64,000 nt of DNA, taken from Eledone cirrhosa. Taxonomy: Eukaryota. The translations under genes were made by a program, and so were the position numbers. The number at the start of each line of letters is the position of its first letter. The first letter of the stretch is position 1. This document shows, in pieces, positions 40,601 through 54,880 of the stretch. The notes below the pieces were generated by a model. The model worked only from the letters and a program-made list of their open reading frames with translations, searched no databases and was not told the origin of the DNA. Location: NCBI GenBank assembly GCA_964016885.1, contig OZ024744.1, positions 103,044,001 through 103,108,000 on the forward strand, written 5' to 3'.

Positions 40601-43600
40601 CTGTTGCCGTTAAACTAAAAACTAACCATTCCACTGTTTAAAGTGGTCCTGCTGCCATGAAACTAGTAAGTAACCAGTCTACTGTTTAAAGTGGGCCTGC
40701 TGCCATGAAAGTAAAAAGTAGTAAGACTACTGTTTAAAGTGGTCCTGTTGCCATGAAAGTAAAAAGTAGTCAGTCTACTGTTTAAAGTGGTCCTGCTGCC
40801 ATGAAACTAAAAAGTAACCAGTCTACTGTTTAAAGTGGTCCTGCTTCCATGAAACTAAAAAGTTACCAGTCTACTGTTTAAAGTGGTCCTGCTGCCATGG
40901 AACTAAAAAGTAATCAGTCTACTGTTTAAAGTGGTCCTGATGCCATGAAACTAAAAAGTAGTCAGTCTACTGTTTAACTGGTCCTGTTGCCATGAAACTA
41001 AAACGTAACCAGTCTACTGTTCAAAGTGGTCCTTCTGCCATGAAACTAAAAAGTAACCACTCCACTGTTTAAACTGGTCCTGTTGCCATGAAACTTAAAA
41101 GTAGTCAGTCCACTGTTTAAAGGGGTCCTGCTGCCATGAAACTAAAAAGTAACCAGTCTACTGTTTAAAGTGGTCCTGCTGACATGGAACTAAAAAGTAA
41201 TCAGTCGACTGTTTAAAGTGGGCCTGCTGCCGTGAAACTAAAAAGTAGTAAGTCTACTGTTTAAAGTGGTCCTGCTGCCATGAAACTAAAATGTAGTCAG
41301 TCTACTGTTTAACTGGTCCTGTTGCCATGAAACTAAAACGTAGCCAATCTACTGTTCAAAGTGGTCCTGCTGCCATGAAACTAAAAATTAACCAGTCCAC
41401 TGTTTAAAGTGGTCCTGCTGCCATGAAACTAAAAAGTAGTCAGTCTACTGGTTAAAGTGGTCCTGCTGCCATGAAACTAAAAATTAGTCAGTCTACTGTT
41501 TAAAGTGGTCCTGTTGCCATGAAACTAAAAAGTAACCAGTCCACTGTTTAAAATGGTCCTGTTGCCATGAAACTAAAAAGTGACCAGTCTGCTGTTGAAA
41601 GTGGTCCTGTTGCCATGAAACTAAAAAGTAGTGAGTCTACTGTTTAAAGCAGTCTACTGTTTAAAGTGGTCCTGCTGCCATGAAATTAAAAAGTATTTAT
41701 TACACTGTTTAAACTGGTCCTGTTGCCATGAAACTAAAAAGTAACCAGTCTACTGTTCAAAGGGGTCCTGTTGCCATGAAACTAAAAAGTAGTCAGTCCA
41801 CTGTTTAATGTGGTCCTGCTGCCATGAAACTAAAACGTAACCAGTCTACTGCTTAAAGAGGTCCTGTTGCCATGAAACTAAAAAGTAGTCAGTGTACTGT
41901 TTAAAGTGGTCCTGTTGCCATGAAACTAAAAAGTAACCAGTCCACTGTTTAAAATGGTCCTGTTGACATGAAACTAAAAAGTGACCAGTCTGCTGTTGAA
42001 AGTGGTCCTGTTGCCATGAAACTAAAAAGTAGTGAGTCTACTGTTTAAAGCAGTCTACTGTTTAAAGTGGTCCTGCTGCCATGAAACTAAAAAGTAGTCA
42101 GTCCACTGTTTAATGTGGTCCTGCTGCCATGAAACTAAAAAGTAACCAGTCTACTGCTTAAAGTGGTCCTGTTGCCATGAAACTAAAAAGTAGTCAGTGT
42201 ACTGTTTAAAGTGGTCCTGCTGCCATGAAACTAAAAACTAACCAGTCCACTGTTTAAAGTGGTCCTGCTGCCATGAAACTAAAAAGTAACCGGTCCACTG
42301 TTTAAAGTGGTCCTGCTGCCATGAAACTAAAAAGTAGTCAGTCAACTGTTTAAACTGGTCCTGTTGCCATGAAACTAAAAAGTAACCAATCTACTGTTCA
42401 AATTGGTCCTGCTGCCATGAAACTAAAAAGTAACCGGTCCACTGTTTAAAGTGGTCCTGCTGCCTTGAAACTAAAAATTAGTCAGACTACTGTTTAAAGC
42501 AGTCTACTGTTTAAAGTGGTCCTGCTGCCATGAAACTAAAAAGTAGTCAGTCCACTGTTTAAAGTGGCCCTGTTGCCATGAAACTAAAAAGTAGTCAGTC
42601 TACTGTTTAAAGTGGTCCTGTTGCCATGAAACTAAAAAGTAACTAGTACATTGTTTAAAGTGGTCCTGCTGCCATGATACTAAAAAGTAGTCAGTCTACT
42701 GTTTAAAGTGGTCCTGCTGCCATGAAACTAAAAAGTAACTATTACACTGTTTAAACTGGTCCTGTTGCCATGAAACTAAAAAGTAACCAGTCTACTGTTC
42801 AAAGTGGTCCTGTTGCCATGAAACTAAAAAGTAACTAGTACACTGTTTAAAGTGGCCCTGTTGCCATGAAACTAAAAAGTAGTCAGTCTACTGTTTAAAG
42901 TGGTCCTGTTGCCATGAAACTAAAAAGTAACTAGTACACTGTTTAAAGTGGTCCTGCTGCCATGATACTAAAAAGTAGTCAGTCTTCTGTTTAAAGTGGT
43001 CCTGCTGCCATGAAACTAAAAAATAGTCAGTCCACTGTTTAAACTGGTCCTGTTGCCATGAAACTAAAAATAACCAGTCTGCTGTTGAAAGTGGTCCTGT
43101 TGCCATGAAACTAAAAAGTAGTCAGTCTACTGTTTAAAGTGATCCTGCTGACATGAAACTAAAAAGTAGTCAGTCTACTGTTTAACGTGGTCCTGCTGCC
43201 ATGAAACTAAAAAGTAACCAGTCTAGTGTTTAAAGTGATCCTGCTGCCATGAAACTAAAAAGTAGTCAGTCCACTGTTTAAAGTTGTCCTGCTGCCATGA
43301 AACTAAAAATTAGTCAGTCTACTGTTTAAAGTGGTACTGCTGCCATGAAACTAAAAAGTAACCAGTCTACTGTTTAAAGTGGTCCTGCTGACATGGAACT
43401 AAAAAGTAATCAGTCGACTGTTTAAAGTGGGCCTGCTGCCATGAAACTAAAAAGTAGTAAGTCTACTGTTTAAAGTGGTCCTGCTGCCATAAAACTAAAA
43501 TGTAGTCAGTCTACTGTTTAACTGGTCCTGTTGCCATGAAACTAAAACGTAACCAGTCTACTGTTCACAGTGGTCCTGCTGCCATGAAACTAAAAATTAA

Positions 43601-46600
43601 CCAGTCCACTGTTTAAAGTGGTCCTGTTGCCATGAAACTTAAAAGTAGTCAGTCCACTGTTTAAACTGGTGCTGCTGCCATGAAACTAAAAAGTAACCAG
43701 TTCCACTGTTTAAAGTGGGCCTGTTGCCGTTAGACTAAAAACTAACCATTCCACTGTTTAAAGTGGTCCTGCTTCCATGAAACTAAAAAGTAATCAGTCT
43801 ACTGTTTAAAGTGGTCCTGCTGCCATGAAACTAAAAAGTAGTCAGTCTACTGTTTAACTGGTCCTGTTGCCATGAAACTAAAACGTAACCAGTCTACTGT
43901 TCAAAGTGGTCCTTCTGCCATGAAACTAAAACGTAACCACTCCACTGTTTAAACTGGTCCTGTTGCCATGAAAATTAAAAGTAGTCAGTCCACTGTTTAA
44001 AGGGGTCCTGCTGCCATGAAACTAAAAATTAGCCAGTGTACTGTTTAAAGTGGTCCTGCTGCCATGAAACTAAAAAGTAACCAGTCCACTGTTTAAAGTG
44101 GTCCTGCTGCCATGAAACTAAAAAGTAACCGGTCCACTGTTTAAAATGGTCCTGCTGCCATGAAACTAAAAATTAGTCAGTCTACTGTTTAAAGCAGTCT
44201 ACTGTTTAAAGTGATCCTGCTGCCATGAAACTAAAAAGTAGTCAGTCCACTGTTTAAAATGGTCCTGCTGCCATGAAATTAAAAAGTAACCAGTCTACTG
44301 CTTAAAGTGGTCCTGTTGCCATGAAACTAAAAAGTAGTCAGTGTACTGTTTAAAGTGGTCCTGCTGCCATGAAACTAAAAATTAGCCAGTCTACTGTTTA
44401 AAGTGGTCCTGTTGCCATGAAACTAAAAAGTAACCAGTCTACTGTTTAAAGTGGTCCTGTTGCCATGAAACTAAAAAGTAGCCAGTGTACTGTTTAAAGT
44501 GTTCCTGCTGCCATGAAACTAAAAAGTAACCAGTCCACTGTTTAAAGTGGTCCTGCTGCCATGAAACTAAAAAGTAACCGGTCCACTGTTTAAAATGGTC
44601 CTGCTGCCATGAAACTAAAAAGTAGTCCGTCATCTGTTTAAACTGGTCCTGTTACCATGAAACTAAAAAGTAACCAGTCTACTGTTCAAAGTGGTCCTGC
44701 TGCCATGAAATTAAAACGTAACCAGTCTACTGCTTAAAGAGGTCCTGTTGCCATGAAACTAAAAAGTAGTCAGTGTACTGTTTAAAGTGGTCCTGTTGCC
44801 ATGAAACTAAAAAGTAACCAGTCCACTGTTTAAAATGGTCCTGTTGACATGAAACTAAAAAGTGACCAGTCTGCTGTTGAAAGTGGTCCTGTTGCCATGA
44901 AACTAAAAAGTAGTGAGTCTACTGTTTAAAGCAGTCTACTGTTTAAAGTGGTCCTGCTGCCATGAAACTAAAAAGTAGTCAGTCCACTGTTTAATGTGGT
45001 CCTGCTGCCATGAAACTAAAAAGTAACCAGTCTACTGCTTAAAGTGGTCCTGTTGCCATGAAACTAAAAAGTAGTCAGTGTACTGTTTAAAGTGGTCCTG
45101 CTGCCATGAAACTAAAAACTAACCAGTCCACTGTTTAAAGTGGTCCTGCTGCCATGAAACTAAAAAGTAACCGGTCCACTGTTTAAAGTGGTCCTGCTGC
45201 CATGAAACTAAAAAGTAGTCAGTCAACTGTTTAAACTGGTCCTGTTGCCATGAAACTAAAAAGTAACCAATCTACTGTTCAAATTGGTCCTGCTGCCATG
45301 AAACTAAAAAGTAACCGGTCCACTGTTTAAAGTGGTCCTGCTGCCTTGAAACTAAAAATTAGTCAGACTACTGTTTAAAGCAGTCTACTGTTTAAAGTGG
45401 TCCTGCTGCCATGAAACTAAAAAGTAGTCAGTCCACTGTTTAAAGTGGCCCTGTTGCCATGAAACTAAAAAGTAGTCAGTCTACTGTTTAAAGTGGTCCT
45501 GTTGCCATGAAACTAAAAAGTAACTAGTACACTGTTTAAAGTGGTCCTGCTGCCATGATACTAAAAAGTAGTCAGTCTACTGTTTAAAGTGGTCCTGCTG
45601 CCATGAAACTAAAAAGTAACTATTACACTGTTTAAACTGGTCCTGTTGCCATGAAACTAAAAAGTAACCAGTCTACTGTTCAAAGTGGTCCTGTTGCCAT
45701 GAAACTAAAAAGTAACTAGTACACTGTTTAAAGTGGCCCTGTTGCCATGAAACTAAAAAGTAGTCAGTCTACTGTTTAAAGTGGTCCTGTTGCCATGAAA
45801 CTAAAAAGTAACTAGTACACTGTTTAAAGTGGTCCTGCTGCCATGATACTAAAAAGTAGTCAGTCTTCTGTTTAAAGTGGTCCTGCTGCCATGAAACTAA
45901 AAAATAGTCAGTCCACTGTTTAAACTGGTCCTGTTGCCATGAAACTAAAAATAACCAGTCTGTTGTTGAAAGTGGTCCTGTTGCCATGAAACTAAAAAGT
46001 AGTCAGTCTACTGTTTAAAGTGATCCTGCTGACATGAAACTAAAAAGTAGTCAGTCTACTGTTTAACGTGGTCCTGCTGCCATGAAACTAAAAAGTAACC
46101 AGTCTAGTGTTTAAAGTGATCCTGCTGCCATGAAACTAAAAAGTAGTCAGTCCACTGTTTAAAGTGGTCCTGCTGCCATGAAACTAAAAAGTAGTCAGTC
46201 TACTGTTTAACTGGTCCTGTTGCCATGAAACTAAAACGTAACCAGTCTACTGTTCAAAGTGGTCCTTCTGCCATGAAACTAAAAAGTAACCACTCCACTG
46301 TTTAAACTGGTCCTGTTGCCATGAAACTTAAAAGTAGTCAGTCCACTGTTTAAAGGGGTCCTGCTGCCATGAAACTAAAAAGTAACCAGTCTACTGTTTA
46401 AAGTGGTCCTGCTGACATGGAACTAAAAATTAATCAGTCGACTGTTTAAAGTGGGCCTGCTGCCGTGAAACTAAAAAGTAGTAAGTCTACTGTTTAAAGT
46501 GGTCCTGCTGCCATGAAACTAAAATGTAGTCAGTCTACTGTTTAACTGGTCCTGTTGCCATGAAACTAAAACGTAACCAGTCTACTGTTTAAAGTGGTCC

Positions 46601-49600
46601 TGTTGCCATGAAACTAAAAATAACTAGTACACTGTTTAAAGTGGTCCTGCTGCCATGATACTAAAAAGTAGTCAGTCTACTGTTTAAAGTGGTCCTGCTG
46701 CCATCAAAGTAAAAAATTGTCATTCCACTGTTTAAACTGGTCCTGTTACCATGAAACTAAAAAGTGACCAGTCTGCTGTTGAAAGTGGTCCTGTTGCCAT
46801 GAAACTAAAAAGTAGTCAGTCTACTGTTTAAAGCAGTCTACTGTTTAAAGTGGTCCTGCTGCCATGAAACTAAAAAGTAGTCAGTCCACTGTTTAAAGTG
46901 GTCCTGCTGCCATGAAACTAAAAATTAGTCGGACTACTGTTTAAAGTGGTCCTGCTGCCATGAAACTAAAAAGTAGTCAGTCCACTGTTTTATGTGGTCC
47001 TGCTGCCATGAAACTAAAAAGTAACCAGTCTACTGCTTAAAGTGGTCCTGTTGCCATGAAACTAAAAAGTAGTCAGTGTACTGTTTAAAGTGGTCCTGCT
47101 GCCATGAAACTAAAAAGTAACCAGTCCACTGTTTAAAGTGGTCCTGCTGCCATGAAACTAAAAAGTAACCGGTCCACTGTTTAAAGTGGTCCTGCTGCCA
47201 TGAAACTAAAAAGTAGTCAGTCAATTGTTTAAACTGGTCGTGTTACCATGAAACTAAAAAGTAACCAGTCTACTGTTCAAATTGGTCCTGCTGCCATGAA
47301 ACTACAAAGTAGTCAGTCCACTGTTTAAAGTGGCCCTGTTGCCATGAAACTAAAAAGTAGTCGGTCTACTGTTTAAAGTGATCCTGTTGCCATGAAACTA
47401 AAAAGTAACTAGTACACTGTTTAAAGTGGTCCTGCTGCCATGAAACTAAAAAGTAATTATTACACTGTTTAAACTGGTCCTGTTGCCATGAAACTAAAAA
47501 GTAACCAGTCTACTGTTCAAAGTGGTCCTGTTGCCATGAAACTAAAAAGTAAGCAGTCCACTGTTTAAAGTGGTCCTGTTGCCATGAAACTAAAAATTAG
47601 TCAGTCTACTGTTTAAAGCAGTCTACTGTTTAAAGTGGTCCTGCTGCCATGAAACTAAACAGTAGTCAGTCCACTGTTTAAAGTGGTCCTGCTGCCATGA
47701 AACTAAAAAGTAACCAGTCTACTGCTTAAAGTGGTCCTGTTGCCATGAAACTAAAAAGTAACCAGTCTACTGTTTAAAGTGGTCCTGTTGCCATGAAACT
47801 AAAATTAGCCAATGTACTGTTTAAAGTGGTCCTGCTGCCATGAAACTAAAAAGTAACCAGTCCACTATTTAAAGTGGTCCTGCTGCCATGAAACTAAAAA
47901 GTAACCGGTCCACTGTTTAAAATGGTCCTGCTGCCATGAAACTAAAAAGTAGTCAGTCATCTGTTTAAACTGGTCCTGTTGCCATGAAACTAAAAAGTAA
48001 CCAGTCTACTGTTCAAAGTGGTCCTGCTGCCATGAAACTAAAAAGTAGTCAGTCCACTGTTTAAAGTGGCCCTGTTGCCATGAAACTAACAAGTAGTCAG
48101 TCTACTGTTTAAAGTGGTCCTGTTGCCATGAAACTAAAAAGTAACTAGTACACTTTTTAAAGTGGTCCTGCTGCCATGATACTAAAAAGTAGTCAGTCTA
48201 CTGTTTAAAGTGGTCCTGCTGCCATGAAACTAAAAAGTAACTATTACACTGTTTAAACTGGTCCTGTTGCCATGAAACTAAAAAGTAACCAGTCTACTGT
48301 TCAAAGTGGTCCTGTTGCCATGAAACTAAAAATTAGTCAGTCCACTGTTTAAAGTGGCCCTGTTGCCATGAAACTAAAACGTAGTCAGTCTACTGTTTAA
48401 AGTGGTCCTGTTGCCATGAAACTAAAAAGTAACTAGTACACTGTTTAAAGTGGTCCTGCTGCCATGATGCTAAAAAGTAGTCAGTCTACTGTTTAAAGTG
48501 GTCCTGCTGCCATGAAACTAAAAAATAGTCATTCCACTGTTTAAACTGGTCCTGTTGCCATGAAACTAAAAAGTAACCAGTCTGCTGTTGAAAGTGGTCC
48601 TGTTGCCATGAAACTAAAAAGTAGTCAGTCTACTGTTTAAAGTGATCCTGCTGACATGAAACTAAAAAGTAGTCAGTCTACTGTTTAACGTGGTCCTGCT
48701 GCCATGAAACTAAACAGTAGACTGGTTACTTTTTAAAGTGATCCTGCTGCCATGAAAATAAAAAGTAGTCAGTCTACTGTTTAAAGTTGTCCTGCTGCCA
48801 TGAAACTAAAAATTTGTCAGTGTACTGTTTAAAGTGGTCCTGCTGCGATGAAACTAAAAAGTAACCAGTCTACTGTTTAAAGTGGTCCTGCTGACATGGA
48901 ACTAAAAAGTAATCAGTCGACTGTTTAAAGTGGGCCTGCTGCCATGAAACTAAAAAGTAGTAAGTCTACTGTTTAAAGTGGTCCTGCTGCCATAAAACTA
49001 AAATGTAGTCAGTCTACTGTTTAACTGGTCCTGTTGCCATGAAACTAAAACGTAACCAGTCTACTGTTCAAAGTGGTCCTGCTGCCATGAAACTAAAAAT
49101 TAACCAGTCCACTGTTTAAAGTGGTCCTGTTGCCATGAAACTTAAAAGTAGTCAGTCCACTGTTTAAAGTGGTCCTGCTGCCATGAAGCTAAAAAGTAGT
49201 CAGTCTACTGGTTAACGTGATCCTGTCGCCATGAAACTAAAAAGTAGTCAGTTCACTGTTTAAACTGGTGCTGCTGCCATGAAACTAAAAAGTAACCAGT
49301 TCCACTGTTTAAAGTGGGCCTGTTGCCGTTAAACTAAAAACTAACCATTCCACTGTTTAAAGTGGTCCTGCTGCCATGAAACTAGTAAGTAACCAGTCTA
49401 CTGTTTAAAGTGGGCCTGCTGCCATGAAAGTAAAAAGTAGTAAGACTACTGTTTAAAGTGGTCCTGTTGCCATGAAAGTAAAAAGTAGTCAGTCTACTGT
49501 TTAAAGTGGTCCTGCTGCCATGAAACTAAAAAGTAACCAGTCTACTGTTTAAAGTGGTCCTGCTTCCATGAAAGTAAAAAGTTACCAGTCTACTGTTTAA

Positions 49601-52600
49601 AGTGGTCCTGCTGCCATGGAACTAAAAAGTAATCAGTCTACTGTTTAAAGTGGTCCTGATGCCATGAAACTAAAAAGTAGTCAGTCTACTGTTTAACTGG
49701 TCCTGTTGCCATGAAACTAAAACGTAACCAGTCTACTGTTCAAAGTGGTCCTTCTGCCATGAAACTAAAAAGTAACCACTCCACTGTTTAAACTGGTCCT
49801 GTTGCCATGAAACTTAAAAGTAGTCAGTCCACTGTTTAAAGGGGTCCTGCTGCCATGAAACTAAAAAGTAACCAGTCTACTGTTTAAAGTGGTCCTGCTG
49901 ACATGGAACTAAAAAGTAATCAGTCGACTGTTTAAAGTGGGCCTGCTGCCGTGAAACTAAAAAGTAGTAAGTCTACTGTTTAAAGTGGTCCTGCTGCCAT
50001 GAAACTAAAATGTAGTCAGTCTACTGTTTAACTGGTCCTGTTGCCATGAAACTAAAACGTAACCAATCTACTGTTCAAAGTGGTCCTGCTGCCATGAAAC
50101 TAAAAATTAACCAGTCCACTGTTTAAAGTGGTCCTGCTGCCATGAAACTAAAAAGTAGTCAGTCTACTGGTTAAAGTGGTCCTGCTGCCATGAAACTAAA
50201 AATTAGTCAGTCTACTGTTTAAAGTGGTCCTGTTGCCATGAAACTAAAAAGTAACCAGTCCACTGTTTAAAATGGTCCTGTTGCCATGAAACTAAAAAGT
50301 GACCAGTCTGCTGTTGAAAGTGGTCCTGTTGCCATGAAACTAAAAAGTAGTGAGTCTACTGTTTAAAGCAGTCTACTGTTTAAAGTGGTCCTGCTGCCAT
50401 GAAACTAAAAAGTATTTATTACACTGTTTAAACTGGTCCTGTTGCCATGAAACTAAAAAGTAACCAGTCTACTGTTCAAAGGGGTCCTGTTGCCATGAAA
50501 CTAAAAAGTAGTCAGTCCACTGTTTAATGTGGTCCTGCTGCCATGAAACTAAAACGTAACCAGTCTACTGCTTAAAGAGGTCCTGTTGCCATGAAACTAA
50601 AAAGTAGTCAGTGTACTGTTTAAAGTGGTCCTGTTGCCATGAAACTAAAAAGTAACCAGTCCACTGTTTAAAATGGTCCTGTTGACATGAAACTAAAAAG
50701 TGACCAGTCTGCTGTTGAAAGTGGTCCTGTTGCCATGAAACTAAAAAGTAGTGAGTCTACTGTTTAAAGCAGTCTACTGTTTAAAGTGGTCCTGCTGCCA
50801 TGAAACTAAAAAGTAGTCAGTCCACTGTTTAATGTGGTCCTGCTGCCATGAAACTAAAAAGTAACCAGTCTACTGCTTAAAGTGGTCCTGTTGCCATGAA
50901 ACTAAAAAGTAGTCAGTGTACTGTTTAAAGTGGTCCTGCTGCCATGAAACTAAAAACTAACCAGTCCACTGTTTAAAGTGGTCCTGCTGCCATGAAACTA
51001 AAAAGTAACCGGTCCACTGTTTAAAGTGGTCCTGCTGCCATGAAACTAAAAAGTAGTCAGTCAACTGTTTAAACTGGTCCTGTTGCCATGAAACTAAAAA
51101 GTAACCAATCTACTGTTCAAATTGGTCCTGCTGCCATGAAACTAAAAAGTAACCGGTCCACTGTTTAAAGTGGTCCTGCTGCCTTGAAACTAAAAATTAG
51201 TCAGACTACTGTTTAAAGCAGTCTACTGTTTAAAGTGGTCCTGCTGCCATGAAACTAAAAAGTAGTCAGTCCACTGTTTAAAGTGGCCCTGTTGCCATGA
51301 AACTAAAAAGTAGTCAGTCTACTGTTTAAAGTGGTCCTGTTGCCATGAAACTAAAAAGTAACTAGTACACTGTTTAAAGTGGTCCTGCTGCCATGATACT
51401 AAAAAGTAGTCAGTCTACTGTTTAAAGTGGTCCTGCTGCCATGAAACTAAAAAGTAACTATTACACTGTTTAAACTGGTCCTGTTGCCATGAAACTAAAA
51501 AGTAACCAGTCTACTGTTCAAAGTGGTCCTGTTGCCATGAAACTAAAAAGTAACTAGTACACTGTTTAAAGTGGCCCTGTTGCCATGAAACTAAAAAGTA
51601 GTCAGTCTACTGTTTAAAGTGGTCCTGTTGCCATGAAACTAAAAAGTAACTAGTACACTGTTTAAAGTGGTCCTGCTGCCATGATACTAAAAAGTAGTCA
51701 GTCTTCTGTTTAAAGTGGTCCTGCTGCCATGAAACTAAAAAATAGTCAGTCCACTGTTTAAACTGGTCCTGTTGCCATGAAACTAAAAATAACCAGTCTG
51801 CTGTTGAAAGTGGTCCTGTTGCCATGAAACTAAAAAGTAGTCAGTCTACTGTTTAAAGTGATCCTGCTGACATGAAACTAAAAAGTAGTCAGTCTACTGT
51901 TTAACGTGGTCCTGCTGCCATGAAACTAAAAAGTAACCAGTCTAGTGTTTAAAGTGATCCTGCTGCCATGAAACTAAAAAGTAGTCAGTCCACTGTTTAA
52001 AGTTGTCCTGCTGCCATGAAACTAAAAATTAGTCAGTCTACTGTTTAAAGTGGTACTGCTGCCATGAAACTAAAAAGTAACCAGTCTACTGTTTAAAGTG
52101 GTCCTGCTGACATGGAACTAAAAAGTAATCAGTCGACTGTTTAAAGTGGGCCTGCTGCCATGAAACTAAAAAGTAGTAAGTCTACTGTTTAAAGTGGTCC
52201 TGCTGCCATAAAACTAAAATGTAGTCAGTCTACTGTTTAACTGGTCCTGTTGCCATGAAACTAAAACGTAACCAGTCTACTGTTCACAGTGGTCCTGCTG
52301 CCATGAAACTAAAAATTAACCAGTCCACTGTTTAAAGTGGTCCTGTTGCCATGAAACTTAAAAGTAGTCAGTCCACTGTTTAAACTGGTGCTGCTGCCAT
52401 GAAACTAAAAAGTAACCAGTTCCACTGTTTAAAGTGGGCCTGTTGCCGTTAAACTAAAAACTAACCATTCCACTGTTTAAAGTGGTCCTGCTTCCATGAA
52501 ACTAAAAAGTAATCAGTCTACTGTTTAAAGTGGTCCTGCTGCCATGAAACTAAAAAGTAGTCAGTCTACTGTTTAACTGGTCCTGTTGCCATGAAACTAA

Positions 52601-54880
52601 AACGTAACCAGTCTACTGTTCAAAGTGGTCCTTCTGCCATGAAACTAAAACGTAACCACTCCACTGTTTAAACTGGTCCTGTTGCCATGAAAATTAAAAG
52701 TAGTCAGTCCACTGTTTAAAGGGGTCCTGCTGCCATGAAACTAAAAATTAGCCAGTCTACTGTTTAAAGTGGTCCTGTTGCCATGAAACTAAAAAGTAGC
52801 CAGTGTACTGTTTAAAGTGGTCCTGCTGCCATGAAACTAAAAAGTAACCAGTCTACTGTTTAAAGTGGTCCTGTTGCCATGAAACTAAAAAGTAGCCAGT
52901 GTACTGTTTAAAGTGGTCCTGCTGCCATGAAACTAAAAAGTAACCAGTCCACTGTTTAAAGTGGTCCTGCTGCCATGAAACTAAAAAGTAACCGGTCCAC
53001 TGTTTAAAATGGTCCTGCTGCCATGAAACTAAAAATTAGTCAGTCTACTGTTTAAAGCAGTCTACTGTTTAAAGTGATCCTGCTGCCATGAAACTAAAAA
53101 GTAGTCAGTCCACTGTTTAAAATGGTCCTGCTGCCATGAAATTAAAAAGTAACCAGTCTACTGCTTAAAGTGGTCCTGTTGCCATGAAACTAAAAAGTAG
53201 TCAGTGTACTGTTTAAAGTGTTCCTGCTGCCATGAAACTAAAAAGTAACCAGTCCACTGTTTAAAGTGGTCCTGCTGCCATGAAACTAAAAAGTAACCGG
53301 TCCACTGTTTAAAATGGTCCCGCTGCCATGAAACTAAAAAGTAGTCCGTCATCTGTTTAAACTGGTCCTGTTACCATGAAACTAAAAAGTAACCAGTCTA
53401 CTGTTCAAAGTGGTCCTGCTGCCATGAAATTAAAACGTAACCAGTCTACTGCTTAAAGAGGTCCTGTTGCCATGAAACTAAAAAGTAGTCAGTGTACTGT
53501 TTAAAGTGGTCCTGTTGCCATGAAACTAAAAAGTAACCAGTCCACTGTTTAAAATGGTCCTGTTGACATGAAACTAAAAAGTGACCAGTCTGCTGTTGAA
53601 AGTGGTCCTGTTGCCATGAAACTAAAAAGTAGTGAGTCTACTGTTTAAAGCAGTCTACTGTTTAAAGTGGTCCTGCTGCCATGAAACTAAAAAGTAGTCA
53701 GTCCACTGTTTAATGTGGTCCTGCTGCCATGAAACTAAAAAGTAACCAGTCTACTGCTTAAAGTGGTCCTGTTGCCATGAAACTAAAAAGTAGTCAGTGT
53801 ACTGTTTAAAGTGGTCCTGCTGCCATGAAACTAAAAACTAACCAGTCCACTGTTTAAAGTGGTCCTGCTGCCATGAAACTAAAAAGTAACCGGTCCACTG
53901 TTTAAAGTGGTCCTGCTGCCATGAAACTAAAAAGTAGTCAGTCAACTGTTTAAACTGGTCCTGTTGCCATGAAACTAAAAAGTAACCAATCTACTGTTCA
54001 AATTGGTCCTGCTGCCATGAAACTAAAAAGTAACCGGTCCACTGTTTAAAGTGGTCCTGCTGCCTTGAAACTAAAAATTAGTCAGACTACTGTTTAAAGC
54101 AGTCTACTGTTTAAAGTGGTCCTGCTGCCATGAAACTAAAAAGTAGTCAGTCCACTGTTTAAAGTGGCCCTGTTGCCATGAAACTAAAAAGTAGTCAGTC
54201 TACTGTTTAAAGTGGTCCTGTTGCCATGAAACTAAAAAGTAACTAGTACACTGTTTAAAGTGGTCCTGCTGCCATGATACTAAAAAGTAGTCAGTCTACT
54301 GTTTAAAGTGGTCCTGCTGCCATGAAACTAAAAAGTAACTATTACACTGTTTAAACTGGTCCTGTTGCCATGAAACTAAAAAGTAACCAGTCTACTGTTC
54401 AAAGTGGTCCTGTTGCCATGAAACTAAAAAGTAACTAGTACACTGTTTAAAGTGGCCCTGTTGCCATGAAACTAAAAAGTAGTCAGTCTACTGTTTAAAG
54501 TGGTCCTGTTGCCATGAAACTAAAAAGTAACTAGTACACTGTTTAAAGTGGTCCTGCTGCCATGATACTAAAAAGTAGTCAGTCTTCTGTTTAAAGTGGT
54601 CCTGCTGCCATGAAACTAAAAAATAGTCAGTCCACTGTTTAAACTGGTCCTGTTGCCATGAAACTAAAAATAACCAGTCTGCTGTTGAAAGTGGTCCTGT
54701 TGCCATGAAACTAAAAAGTAGTCAGTCTACTGTTTAAAGTGATCCTGCTGACATGAAACTAAAAAGTAGTCAGTCTACTGTTTAACGTGGTCCTGCTGCC
54801 ATGAAACTAAAAAGTAACCAGTCTAGTGTTTAAAGTGATCCTGCTGCCATGAAACTAAAAAGTAGTCAGTCCACTGTTTA
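37660..54880 (+). repeat. About 8.5-8.7 kb tandem higher-order duplication (~37660-46160 and ~46160-54880)
   Basis: ORF pairs 38526/47030 (offset 8504), 42888/51607 and 45769/54488 (offset 8719), and micro-inversion copies 39969/48712. Private variants include catcaaagtaaaaaattgtc (~38198/46702), gttttatgtgg (~38483/46987) and atgaagct (~40440/49183). Confidence 0.9.
41830..46160 (+). repeat. Nested 2,881-bp period repeat inside the 8.7 kb unit; also present at ~50550-56250
   Basis: ORFs 42888/45769 and 51607/54488 are both offset by 2881. Markers: cagtcttctg (~42980, 45861, 51699, 54580) and gtctagtgtt (~43221, 46102, 51940, 54821). Confidence 0.88.
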
